Assembly: GCA_040877595.1 (NCBI GenBank)
Contig: JBBDNM010000053.1
Span: 6,560 to 70,559 of the forward strand
Direction of reading: 5' to 3'
Length of the DNA stretch: 64,000 nt
From: Gemmatimonadales bacterium
GTDB taxonomy: Bacteria > Gemmatimonadota > Gemmatimonadetes > Gemmatimonadales > GWC2-71-9
The number at the start of each line of letters is the position of its first letter. Position 1 is the first letter of the stretch. This document shows, piece by piece, positions 34,986 to 43,875 of the stretch. The notes under the pieces are model-generated. The model searched no databases, was not told the origin of the DNA, and saw nothing but the letters and a program-made list of their open reading frames with translations. The position numbers and the translations under genes were made by a program.

Positions 34986-36445
34986 CCCACCCGGAACACC
35001 CTGACCAGCGGCACGCTGCGCCTAGGATCGCGCGGGTGGAACCCGCGCACCTCCAGAATGTGCTCCCCGGCGTGCGCGACGCCCGCGTCCACCGCAATCT
35101 GCGGGACGGCGGCCGCATCTTCTTCCGGCACTTCCTCGGCGATCAGGATCGGAATCACGCCCCAGAACAGGCAGAGCTTGCGCACCGTCTCGGGCCGTGC
35201 GGAGACGCCAAGCACAGGCGCCTGCGGCCGCCAAGTGCTGATGAGCTGGGCCGTGCTGCCGCTGCGGGTGAGCACCACGATGGCGTGCACCATGAGGTCG
35301 CGTGAGAGCTGGGAGGTGGCCCGCGCGATCGCGTCTTCCAGACGCAGCGGTGGTGTGGGGACGTTCGCCGCGGGCGTCAAGCCGCCGAAGGCGCCGCGCT
35401 CCCACATGTAGACCTCGGTGTCCCGCGCGATGCGGTCCATCATCTCCACGGCTTCGACGGGAAACTTTCCGGCCGCGCTTTCCCCCGACAGCATGATCGC
35501 GTCCGTTCCGCTGCGTACGGCGCTTGAGACGTCCGAGACTTCCGCGCGCGTGGGCCGGGCGTGGTCCATCATGCTTTCCAGCATCTGCGTGGCGACGATC
35601 ACCGGTTTCCCGGCCTGGCGGGCGAGATCCACCAGCTGGCTCTGGGCCAGCGGCACCTGTTCGGGCGGGAGCTCGACGCCCAGATCGCCGCGGGCCACCA
35701 TGATGCCGTCGGCGGCCACCAGAATGTTCTCGATGTCCTGGAGGGCTTCGGGTTTCTCGATCTTGGCGATGATGTCGGCCTCGTGTCCCGAGGCTTCGAC
35801 GAGTTCCCGGAGGGCGTGGACATCGGCGGCGCGCCGGACAAACGACAGCGCCAGATAGTCCACCTTCTCGGCCAGGGCGAACGCGGCATCCTCGCGGTCC
35901 TTGGGCGTCAACGACGGCGCGGAGACCGCGACGCCGGGGAGGTTCATGCCCTTGCGGTCGGACAGGTGGCCGCCGTGCACCACGCGGCACACCACGTCGG
36001 TGCCGTCGGTGGACTCGACCTTGAGCTCCAGGTTGCCGTCGTCCAGCAGAATGCGGTCGCCCGCGCGCACGTCACGCGCCAAGGCTTCGTACTGCGACGG
36101 AATAAGGCCCGGCTTGCCCTCGACCGCGCGGGTGGTAACGGTCACTGTGTCGCCGTCGGCGAGCGCAATGCCGCCGCCCGCGAACGTGCCGGTACGGATC
36201 TTGGGTCCACTCAGGTCGGCCAGGATAGCGACATGCTTCTTGGCCGCCGCCGCGACCTCGCGTACCAGGTGGATGCGGGCCCGTTGGCCGGCGTGATCGC
36301 TGTGCGACATGTTGACGCGAAAGACATCCACGCCGGCGGCGATCATCCGTTCGACGACCGGGCGGCTGCTGGAAGAGGGACCGATGGTGGCGACAATCTT
36401 GGTGCGGCGGCGCAGCAGGCGCTGGCCGCCCGTTGTGATGGGCAT
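34982..36445 (-). CDS. pyk: Pyruvate kinase
   Basis: RRTKIVATIGPSS, VFRVNMSHS, DLSGPKIRTG and MVARGDLGVE motifs. ATG 36445 chosen (487 aa) instead of the 742-aa ORF extension. Confidence 0.92.
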   Translation of the reverse strand: MPITTGGQRLLRRRTKIVATIGPSSSSRPVVERMIAAGVDVFRVNMSHSDHAGQRARIHLVREVAAAAKKHVAILADLSGPKIRTGTFAGGGIALADGDTVTVTTRAVEGKPGLIPSQYEALARDVRAGDRILLDDGNLELKVESTDGTDVVCRVVHGGHLSDRKGMNLPGVAVSAPSLTPKDREDAAFALAEKVDYLALSFVRRAADVHALRELVEASGHEADIIAKIEKPEALQDIENILVAADGIMVARGDLGVELPPEQVPLAQSQLVDLARQAGKPVIVATQMLESMMDHARPTRAEVSDVSSAVRSGTDAIMLSGESAAGKFPVEAVEMMDRIARDTEVYMWERGAFGGLTPAANVPTPPLRLEDAIARATSQLSRDLMVHAIVVLTRSGSTAQLISTWRPQAPVLGVSARPETVRKLCLFWGVIPILIAEEVPEEDAAAVPQIAVDAGVAHAGEHILEVRGFHPRDPRRSVPLVRVFRVG

Positions 36446-36497
36446 GCCGGAATGTCCACAGGTTGGCCGAATCCCGCCAGTATGGATAAACTGGTGT

Positions 36498-37742
36498 ATG
36501 CAGGAAGCCGACCTGATCCACGATTGGAACGCCGTGGGCGCCCCATTTGACTGGGCCAGCGCCAGGGTGGACCTGAACGACGAAACCCTGCGGGACGGTC
36601 TCCAGTCGCCTTCGGCGATTGATCCCTCCCTTGAGGTCAAGAAGCAGTTTCTGCACCTGATGGCCGATGTGGGCATCGTCGCCGCGGATATTGGCCTGCC
36701 CGGGGCCGGCCCCCGCGTGGTGGACACCGTGCGGGCGCTCGCTCGCGAGATCGCGGACCAACGGCTGCCCCTCGCGCCCAACTGTGCCGCGCGCACGGTG
36801 ATCAAGGATGTCGAGCCGATCGTGGCGGTGAGCCAGGAGGTGGGCATCCCGATCGAGGCGGCCACGTTCATTGGCTCTTCGCCGATTCGGCAGTACGCGG
36901 AAGATTGGACTCTGGACCGGATGCTCAAGGCCAGCGAAGAGGCGGTCACGTTCGCGGTCCGTGAAGGCCTGCCGGTCATGTTCGTCACCGAAGACACGAC
37001 CCGCGCCCATCCCGATACGCTCAAGGCGCTGTACAGCAACGCCATTCGCTGGGGTGCCCGACGCCTGTGCATCGCGGACACGGTCGGCCACGCCACGCCC
37101 GATGGCGTGCGCGCGCTGGTCCGGTTCATCAAGGACGAGATCATCGCACCCTCGGGCGAGACCGTGGCCCTGGATTGGCACGGCCATCGCGACCGCGGGC
37201 TCGGGCTCATGAACTGCCTCGCCGCGATTCAGGCGGGCGTGGATCGGGTGCATGCGACGGCGCTCGGCGTCGGTGAGCGGGTGGGAAATGCCGAGATGGA
37301 TCTGTTGATCGTTAACCTGCATCTCCTAGGAACACATCGGCACGACGTGTCGCGGTTGCGCGCCTACTGCGAGCTGGCCGCCGAGACGATGGGCGTGCCG
37401 CTGCCGGCCAACTATCCGGTGATGGGCACAGACGCCTTCCGTACCGGGACGGGCGTGCATGCCGCCGCCATCGTCAAGGCACGCAAGAAAGGTGACGACT
37501 GGCTGGCCGACCGCGTGTACTCGGGCGTGCCGGCCGCGACGTTCGGCGCGCGGCAACGCATCGAGATCACGCCGATGTCCGGATTGTCCAACGTAAAGTG
37601 CTGGCTCGAAGAGCACGGGTATGGCGATGACGCGGCGGCGGTGGAACGCCTCTTTGCGGCTGCCAAGACCGCCGACCGAGCCCTCACTGACCAGGAGTGC
37701 CACGGGATGCTGGCGGAGTTGGGTCTTGCCCGGACCGGCTGA
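36498..37742 (+). CDS. HMGL-like pyruvate carboxyltransferase domain protein (2-isopropylmalate/homocitrate synthase family, no LeuA regulatory domain)
   Basis: LNDETLRDGLQSP, CIADTVGHATP, HGHRDRGLGLMNCLAAIQAG and GERVGNAEMD motifs. 414 aa. Confidence 0.8.
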   Translation: MQEADLIHDWNAVGAPFDWASARVDLNDETLRDGLQSPSAIDPSLEVKKQFLHLMADVGIVAADIGLPGAGPRVVDTVRALAREIADQRLPLAPNCAARTVIKDVEPIVAVSQEVGIPIEAATFIGSSPIRQYAEDWTLDRMLKASEEAVTFAVREGLPVMFVTEDTTRAHPDTLKALYSNAIRWGARRLCIADTVGHATPDGVRALVRFIKDEIIAPSGETVALDWHGHRDRGLGLMNCLAAIQAGVDRVHATALGVGERVGNAEMDLLIVNLHLLGTHRHDVSRLRAYCELAAETMGVPLPANYPVMGTDAFRTGTGVHAAAIVKARKKGDDWLADRVYSGVPAATFGARQRIEITPMSGLSNVKCWLEEHGYGDDAAAVERLFAAAKTADRALTDQECHGMLAELGLARTG

Positions 37743-39306
37743 ACTTCAGGCGCTCGTCGCCTCGACCCTCGATCAACGCTGGCACTTCGATCCGGTCGAG
37801 GCCACGGCCCAGGGCCTGCGGGAGCACGACCATCGGTTGGGGGACTTTTCGGCCGAGTCGCTGCGGCAGCACGTGGCAGGTCTCAAGGCCTTGGCGCATG
37901 CCCTCGAGGAATGCGCGGTGGACGACCTCGACGACGAGATTGATCGCACCGCCCTCCTGAACGATCTCCGCGTCCAACACTATGTCTGGACCCGCGAGCG
38001 CCCTCACGCGCGTGATCCCGGGTTCTGGGTCAATCATGTCTTGGAAGGCCTGTATCACTTGATGGCCTCGCGCCAGGCCGACTCGGCCCGTCGCCATGCG
38101 GTACAGGCGCGGCTCGAGGCGGCCCCCGGCCTGCTGGCGGCTGCCGAGGCGACGCTGGCCAAGTGCCCGCGACCCTTTGTGGAGACGGCCTGCGCGATGC
38201 TCGTGGGCGGCAGGCAGCTGGTGGATGAGCTGAGCGTGCTGAGCGGCGACGAGGCCTTCGCCCAGGCGCAGGGCCGGGCACGCTCGGCGCTCGGGCGGTT
38301 CCATGCCCACCTGCAAGGCGAGTTAATGGATGGCGCCCAGGAACACTTTGCTATCGGCCTCGATGGGTTCAACTATCGTCTGGCGTTCCAGCATGCGTTG
38401 CGCTGGACCACGCCCGAGGTGCTGCGCTACGGCGCCACCCTGATTGATCAGGTCTCGTCGGACCTCGATGCCTTGGCCGCGCAGTTGAGGCCGGGCACCG
38501 CGTGGCCCGACCTGCTCGACCGGTTGCGTGCGGACCATCCCGCACCGGAAGGCTTGGTGGCCGCGTATGCGGCCGCCATGGAGCGTGGTCGCGCGTTCGT
38601 GGCGGAGCGCGGTCTGGTATCGCTCGCGGAGACCCCGCTGGAAGTCGTGGCCACCCCCGGCTTCCTGGCGCCCGTCATCCCGTTTGCCGCCTACCAACCC
38701 CCCGGGGCGTTTGCGCCGGACGGCGTCGGGAGGTTCTACGTGACCGAGGCCCAGGATGGCGCGTTGCGCGATCACGCGCGCCACGAGATTCCCGTGACCG
38801 CCCTGCACGAGGGGTGGCCGGGTCACCACCTGCAGTTCGCGAGAGCGAGCCGCCTCGAACGCGTTGTGCGTCGCGTGATCTCAACCCCGGTCACCGTGGA
38901 AGGCTGGGCGTTGTACTGCGAGGATCTTCTGGCCGAACAGGGGTTCCTCGCATCAGGCGAGGAAAGGTTCTTTCAGCACGTGGCCCTGCTGCTCAGGGCG
39001 CTGCGTATCGTCCTGGATGTGGGTCTGCACACGCAGGACCTGCCCCGGGCCAAGGCCGTGGATTTGCTGGTGGACCGTGTGCACATGGATCGGTGCCACG
39101 CGGAGGCCGAGGTACGGCGATACGCGGCGACACCCTCGTATCAGTTGGCCTATGCGGTGGGACGGCGGGAGATCCGTGGGTTACGCGCGGATGTCGAACG
39201 GCGTCAGGGTGCGTCGTTCGAGTTGCGCGGCTTCCACGACGCAGTGCTCGAGTACGGCGGGCTGCCGGTCAGTCTTATTCGCTGGGGGATGGGCTTCGAT
39301 GCCTGA
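37726..39306 (+). CDS. DUF885-family protein
   Basis: Family-typical TALHEGWPGHHLQ and RYAATPSYQLAYAVG motifs. TTG 37726 is the tentative start. Confidence 0.7.
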   Translation: MPGPAELQALVASTLDQRWHFDPVEATAQGLREHDHRLGDFSAESLRQHVAGLKALAHALEECAVDDLDDEIDRTALLNDLRVQHYVWTRERPHARDPGFWVNHVLEGLYHLMASRQADSARRHAVQARLEAAPGLLAAAEATLAKCPRPFVETACAMLVGGRQLVDELSVLSGDEAFAQAQGRARSALGRFHAHLQGELMDGAQEHFAIGLDGFNYRLAFQHALRWTTPEVLRYGATLIDQVSSDLDALAAQLRPGTAWPDLLDRLRADHPAPEGLVAAYAAAMERGRAFVAERGLVSLAETPLEVVATPGFLAPVIPFAAYQPPGAFAPDGVGRFYVTEAQDGALRDHARHEIPVTALHEGWPGHHLQFARASRLERVVRRVISTPVTVEGWALYCEDLLAEQGFLASGEERFFQHVALLLRALRIVLDVGLHTQDLPRAKAVDLLVDRVHMDRCHAEAEVRRYAATPSYQLAYAVGRREIRGLRADVERRQGASFELRGFHDAVLEYGGLPVSLIRWGMGFDA

Positions 39307-39309
39307 TGG

Positions 39310-39789
39310 CTACCGCCCCGAAGGGGTCATGTAGCGCACCCGGCCGCTGTCGCCCAGCAGCACCAGCGACGGCAATCCGTCCATGGGCAGCCCCATCACG
39401 GCACGAACGGCTCCAGTCTGGTCAGCAAAGTAGAGGGTCGGGACGCCGTTGGTGGTGAGGCGAAGGGCCGCCCGCACACTGCCGCCGGCATCGCTGAACA
39501 CGAGGTCGGGTGAGCCGTCGGCGCGCATGGACAGGTTGGCGCGCACATGACCGGAATCGTCGAACAGGGTCAGCGCCGGGATACCGTCCGCCGAAGCCCG
39601 CAACGTTGCTCGCACGGTGCCGCCCGACTTCACCGCAAACGTCTCGGCGGCGATCTCCTGCCGGAGGAACGGCATGACAAATCCGACGAACAGCACGAGG
39701 ACACCGATCGCCAGCAGAATCGTCTGCGTGCGGCGTTCAGCGCGTTCGAGTCGGTCCAGCCGGGTTTCCAGCGTTGCGGGCGTACTCAC
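39310..39789 (-). CDS. Single-pass membrane protein with 4.5 tandem ~23-aa repeats (xDxxGxVRAxLxxxxDGxPxLxF)
   Basis: GTG 39789 is preceded by GGGAGG. The longer ORF N-terminus has many A/T-ending codons. TM ILLAIGVLVLFVGFVMPF. Repeats are visible in the translation. Confidence 0.55.
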   Translation of the reverse strand: MSTPATLETRLDRLERAERRTQTILLAIGVLVLFVGFVMPFLRQEIAAETFAVKSGGTVRATLRASADGIPALTLFDDSGHVRANLSMRADGSPDLVFSDAGGSVRAALRLTTNGVPTLYFADQTGAVRAVMGLPMDGLPSLVLLGDSGRVRYMTPSGR

Positions 39790-39861
39790 AGGGCCTCCCA
39801 CGGAGCAGTGGAGCGTGCGGGTTGGTGCGGATATAGGGCTTGGGCGTCCGGAGAGCAAGCC

Positions 39862-40104
39862 GTGAGCTTCTGGAGCGTGTATCGGGACCTGTTTTTCCGT
39901 CCCTTTCAGCTCCACGCGGCCCGCGCTCGGCGCGCGGAACAGGAGCGGTTGTTCCTGTTACTGGGGCCAGAACTGCTCGGCCTGCCGTTTCCGTTACATC
40001 CCCTGGCGCTGGAACTGCTGCCCGAGCTTTTGGCGCAGTATCACGAATGGCACCGGCGCTTGGGGCACGAGCGGGCGCCGGAGGGCGGGTTTCGGTGTTG
40101 TTAG
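39862..40104 (+). CDS. Candidate 80-aa small protein ending ...EGGFRCC
   Basis: GTG 39862 with GGAGAG 8 nt upstream. Protein-like sequence (VSFWSVYRDLFFRPF...LLAQYHEWHRRLGHERAPEGGFRCC). Convergent with dacB across the hairpin element. No confident family assignment. Confidence 0.3.
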   Translation: MSFWSVYRDLFFRPFQLHAARARRAEQERLFLLLGPELLGLPFPLHPLALELLPELLAQYHEWHRRLGHERAPEGGFRCC

Positions 40105-40120
40105 TGTACAAGAGCAAGAG

Positions 40121-40205
40121 AATGACGATTGATGATTGATGATTGATGAATTTCGAAGTGCTCCCGTTCGTCATTCGTCATTCATCAATCGTCATTCGTG
40201 ATTCG
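40121..40205. repeat. AT-rich inverted arrays of heptads, (ATGACGA/TTGATGA)x4 facing (TCGTCAT-like)x5; probable bidirectional terminator hairpin
   Basis: GAATGACGATTGATGA (40120-40135) is perfectly complementary to TCATCAATCGTCATTC (40182-40197). Inner heptads pair partly. Lies between convergent stops at 40104 and 40212. Confidence 0.6.
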
Positions 40206-40211
40206 CCCCTC

Positions 40212-41684
40212 CTACCGTCCGAGCTCAACCACCACCGAATCAATCTGCGCCAGCGCCTGCGCGTAGCCCGCCACGCGGTTGTTGACCATCACAGAATAGA
40301 CCAGCGGGCCGCCGCGCTCGCGCTCGATGTAGCCCGTCAGGGTGTTCACGTGACTGATGTATCCGGGCTTGCCCAGCACACGACCCTCCATCGGCGTCCC
40401 GAGGAACCGCGAGCGCAGTGACCCCACCGCCCCGGACCGCGGGATGCCGGCCAGAAAGGCATCGCGGTTCTGGTGGCGCCACATGTAGGTGAGCAACTGC
40501 GCGAACGCGCGCGGCGTGACGAGGTTGCCGGTCGAGAGTCCGGATCCATCGCTCAAGTCGAACGCGGTGGAATCAATCCCCACCGAGTCAATCAGAAACC
40601 GTCGCTCAACCGCCAATCCGTCTCGCCAGCTCCCCGCTCCCCGCATTCCCGCTCCCAGGTGCTTCAGCACCATCTCGGCGTACCAGTTCTGGCTCGTGTT
40701 CAGGATCGGAAAAATCCAGTCACGCACCGGTCGGGAAGGGAACCGCACGAGTGGCGGGCAGATGGTGCGGCACGCGGCGTAGCGTGCGGGATCGGTGGTG
40801 CTCAGCGTGGGGCCGCGCACCGCGACGCCCCGTTCCGCGAGCGCCGCGCGCAGTGCCAGGGCGAAGTAGAGGTCGGGGTCCGGCATCGCGACGTAGCGCG
40901 TGCGAAACGCGCTGTCCACCGGCATCACACCCTCCGCCACGATCAGGTGCGCCGCGTCGTCGCGCCACAGCGCGAACGTCATGGTATCCGTCGCCGCCCC
41001 CGTGACCGCACGATTCTCGAACCGGAAATGCCCGAGGTCGGGCGCGAACGTCACGACCGGTGGTGCGCCCACCCGGGACGGGCCGTACCGCACATTGACA
41101 CTGTTGTCGTTGAAGCCCAGGGCCGACACGGGCGACGCATACCACCACGTCAGGTCGGCGACCTCCCACACGGGGTGGATCTGGCGTGACTCGAACGCCG
41201 ATCCGTCGCCGACGATGGCGCCGTTCACGGTGCGAATCCCGCGGGCTGCGATGCTGTCGGCCAGCGCGCCCATCCGGCTCCACATCCACTCGCATGCGCC
41301 GAGCGCCAGCGTGTCCACCGCGTAGCACCGTGCGCCGAAGGTGGGGTCGCCGGCGCCGTGAATGACGAGTGCGCCTTCGAGCACGCCCTGCACGATCGGG
41401 CCCGTCCCGTACACATCGGTCGTCGCCGTGAAGTCCGGTGGGAACAACGCCGCCGCGGTGGCGCTCACAATAAGCTTGGTGCTCGACGCCGGAATGAACA
41501 GGCGGTCGGCATTGCGTTGGTACAGGACACGACCCGCCGTATCCATCAACACCACGCCCCAGTTGGCGCGGTCAAACGGCGCTTGGTCGAGCACGCGGTC
41601 CACCCGTCCAGCAAGGCCGCGCTGGGCCGCAAGGGGTGTACAGAATGCGAACAGCGCGAAGAGGACAAGCGTGCGGACGGGCAA
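40212..41684 (-). CDS. dacB: D-alanyl-D-alanine carboxypeptidase/endopeptidase (PBP4, peptidase S13)
   Basis: Signal peptide, SxxK motif PASSTKL, and the family-typical LSDGSGLS and GKPGYI (KTG-like) regions. 490 aa. Confidence 0.85.
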   Translation of the reverse strand: MPVRTLVLFALFAFCTPLAAQRGLAGRVDRVLDQAPFDRANWGVVLMDTAGRVLYQRNADRLFIPASSTKLIVSATAAALFPPDFTATTDVYGTGPIVQGVLEGALVIHGAGDPTFGARCYAVDTLALGACEWMWSRMGALADSIAARGIRTVNGAIVGDGSAFESRQIHPVWEVADLTWWYASPVSALGFNDNSVNVRYGPSRVGAPPVVTFAPDLGHFRFENRAVTGAATDTMTFALWRDDAAHLIVAEGVMPVDSAFRTRYVAMPDPDLYFALALRAALAERGVAVRGPTLSTTDPARYAACRTICPPLVRFPSRPVRDWIFPILNTSQNWYAEMVLKHLGAGMRGAGSWRDGLAVERRFLIDSVGIDSTAFDLSDGSGLSTGNLVTPRAFAQLLTYMWRHQNRDAFLAGIPRSGAVGSLRSRFLGTPMEGRVLGKPGYISHVNTLTGYIERERGGPLVYSVMVNNRVAGYAQALAQIDSVVVELGR

Positions 41685-41727
41685 GAGTGGCCTCCAGGTT
41701 GAACGCTAGCTAACTTGCCCAACGTAA

Positions 41728-43875
41728 ATGACTTACGTGGCCCGGTCAATCGCGTTCGCTGCCCTGATCACGCTGGCCGCCGGATCCACGAGTGCCCAGG
41801 ATCTGGACGCGCCCGCGCGGCTGGTGGTCCGGTCGGTGAAGTTCCAAGGCAACAGCGCGCTCGACGATCTGCGTCTTTCCACTTCCATTGCGACCACGCA
41901 GTCCACCTGGTTTGCCCGCTTCTGGGTGACTCGATGGCTCGGCGTCGGGCAGAAGCGGTTTTTGGACGAACGGGAGTTCCGACGCGACGTGTTGCGCTTG
42001 CGCCTGCTGTACAACCAGAGCGGCTTCATGGCTGCGCAAGTGGACACCATTGTTCGACGCACCAATGGCGTAGTGCACATTCGGTTCCTGATTCACGAGG
42101 GCGAACCGGTGCGTGTCGAGCGGGTAGCGGTGGAGGGTCTCGGCGACATCATCACCGAACGCGACGCCCTCGCCGCGATTCCGCTGCGCGTAGGCGATCC
42201 GTTCAATCGGTTTCTCCTGCAAGTCGCGTCCGACACACTGAGCCGGATGCTGCGGGACCGGGGATATCCCTTCGTAGAAGTGTTCCGCAACTTCACCGTG
42301 AATGACGCGCGCGGCAGGGTCGATGTGAGTTTCCAGGTGGATCCCGGGCCGCGATCACGCATCGGGCGTATCGAGGTGGATGGAGCCGACCAGCTCGGCG
42401 AGGGGTCGGTGCGCCGACTCATTCCGTTGCGCGAAGGGGAACTGTTCCGCCAGCGCGACCTGGATCAAAGTCAGCGGGACTTGTACCGGCTGGAGGCATT
42501 TAACTATGTGCGCGTAGGACTGCTCGACTCGGTTCCCGATGGACCGGGCGACACCTTGGTAGGCGTCCTCGTGCGCGTGGCCGAAGGCGACCTGTACGGA
42601 ATCCGGGCCAGCCTGGGCTACGGCTCGGTGGACTGCCTGCGCGGGCTGATCGGGTGGCGCGCGCGCAACTTTTTCGGGGGCGGACGCCAGCTTGATATGA
42701 CCGGCCGGGTCTCAAAGGTCGGCACCGGCCGTCCCTTTGCCTGGGGCATGCAGAGCCGATTCCCGTGCGGCACCGTGCCAGGCGCGTTGTCGGCCGAGGA
42801 CGATCCCGAGCGACTCGACCTGAACTGGGAACTGTCGAGCACGTTCTCGCAGCCCTATTTCCTGGGGTCGCGTAACACCCTGAACGTGACCTTGACCGGG
42901 GAGGAACGCGCCGAGTTCAAGGCGTACCTGCGGCGCAGCGTGGGCGGCGAGGTTGGGGTGACGCATCTGGCGGCTGCGAGTGTGCCGATCACGTTGTCGT
43001 GGACCGCAACGTGGGGGTCAACCAGCGCGGAGCCAGCGATCTTCTGCTCATTCCTGAACGTGTGTCGAGTCGAAGACACGGAGCTCTTCAGCCAGCGCCG
43101 TGTGGAGTCGCGACTCGGGTTCCGGGTGCTGCGCGACCGGCGCAACAACGCGCTCGATCCCGCCGAGGGCAGTTTCTTTTCGCTGGAAGGGCGATTCGCC
43201 GCGCGCGCGATTGGGTCGGACTCCCTGATCCAATTCTCGCGCGGTGTCGCGGAGGTCGCCGTGTACCGCAGACTCGGGCGCTCCGGCGTCCTGGCGTTCC
43301 GGGTGCGGACGGGCGCGATCGTGCCGCCGAGCATTGACCTGTCCGGACAGAACGTGCAGTTCGTGCCGCCCGAACACCGTTTCTACGCCGGGGGTCCCAC
43401 GACGGTGCGTGGCTATGGGCAGAATCAGCTGGGCCCCGTGGTGCGCGTGGTGGACCCCACCCGTGGCGACAGCGTGACGCTCCCCGACAGTACGCGCGCG
43501 TTCGTCCCGGACACGATCACGTCCCCCACCGGGGGGAACAGCTACATCGTGGCCAACGTCGAGCTGCGGGTGCCCCTGACCGCCCGGATCCAGGGCGCCC
43601 TGTTCGTGGATGCGGGACAGCTGATCGAGCGCGGCAACGAGTTGTTTCCGGTGCGGGAGATCGCCGTCACGCCCGGGCTCGGCATCCGGTTTGTGTCGCC
43701 GCTGGGGCCGGTGCGGCTCGACTTCGCCTACAATCCTCGTGATCCGCAGGCCGGCCCGCTCTATGAGCGACAGGGTCAGGACCTCGTACTGCTCGATAGC
43801 GCGTTCCAGCCCGCGGCTCCCAGCGGGTTCTTCCGGCGCCTGCAGATTCACTTCTCCGTGGGTCAGGCGTTCTGA
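41728..43875 (+). CDS. tamA: BamA/TamA-family outer-membrane protein (POTRA repeats + surface-antigen barrel)
   Basis: Signal peptide, POTRA-like repeats (VRSVKFQGNSAL..., IGRIEVDG...), barrel motifs FYAGGPTTVRGY, C-terminal aromatic residue. Followed by tamB with a 1-nt overlap. Confidence 0.75.
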   Translation: MTYVARSIAFAALITLAAGSTSAQDLDAPARLVVRSVKFQGNSALDDLRLSTSIATTQSTWFARFWVTRWLGVGQKRFLDEREFRRDVLRLRLLYNQSGFMAAQVDTIVRRTNGVVHIRFLIHEGEPVRVERVAVEGLGDIITERDALAAIPLRVGDPFNRFLLQVASDTLSRMLRDRGYPFVEVFRNFTVNDARGRVDVSFQVDPGPRSRIGRIEVDGADQLGEGSVRRLIPLREGELFRQRDLDQSQRDLYRLEAFNYVRVGLLDSVPDGPGDTLVGVLVRVAEGDLYGIRASLGYGSVDCLRGLIGWRARNFFGGGRQLDMTGRVSKVGTGRPFAWGMQSRFPCGTVPGALSAEDDPERLDLNWELSSTFSQPYFLGSRNTLNVTLTGEERAEFKAYLRRSVGGEVGVTHLAAASVPITLSWTATWGSTSAEPAIFCSFLNVCRVEDTELFSQRRVESRLGFRVLRDRRNNALDPAEGSFFSLEGRFAARAIGSDSLIQFSRGVAEVAVYRRLGRSGVLAFRVRTGAIVPPSIDLSGQNVQFVPPEHRFYAGGPTTVRGYGQNQLGPVVRVVDPTRGDSVTLPDSTRAFVPDTITSPTGGNSYIVANVELRVPLTARIQGALFVDAGQLIERGNELFPVREIAVTPGLGIRFVSPLGPVRLDFAYNPRDPQAGPLYERQGQDLVLLDSAFQPAAPSGFFRRLQIHFSVGQAF

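Noticed and set aside
36446-37210. 742-aa version of the pyruvate kinase ORF and the 477-aa version of the LeuA-like ORF
   Set aside because: The pyk family sequence starts at ATG 36445 (MPITTGG..RRTKIVATIGP). The upstream part is antisense to the well-supported LeuA-like gene, whose own conserved sequence begins at ATG 36498.
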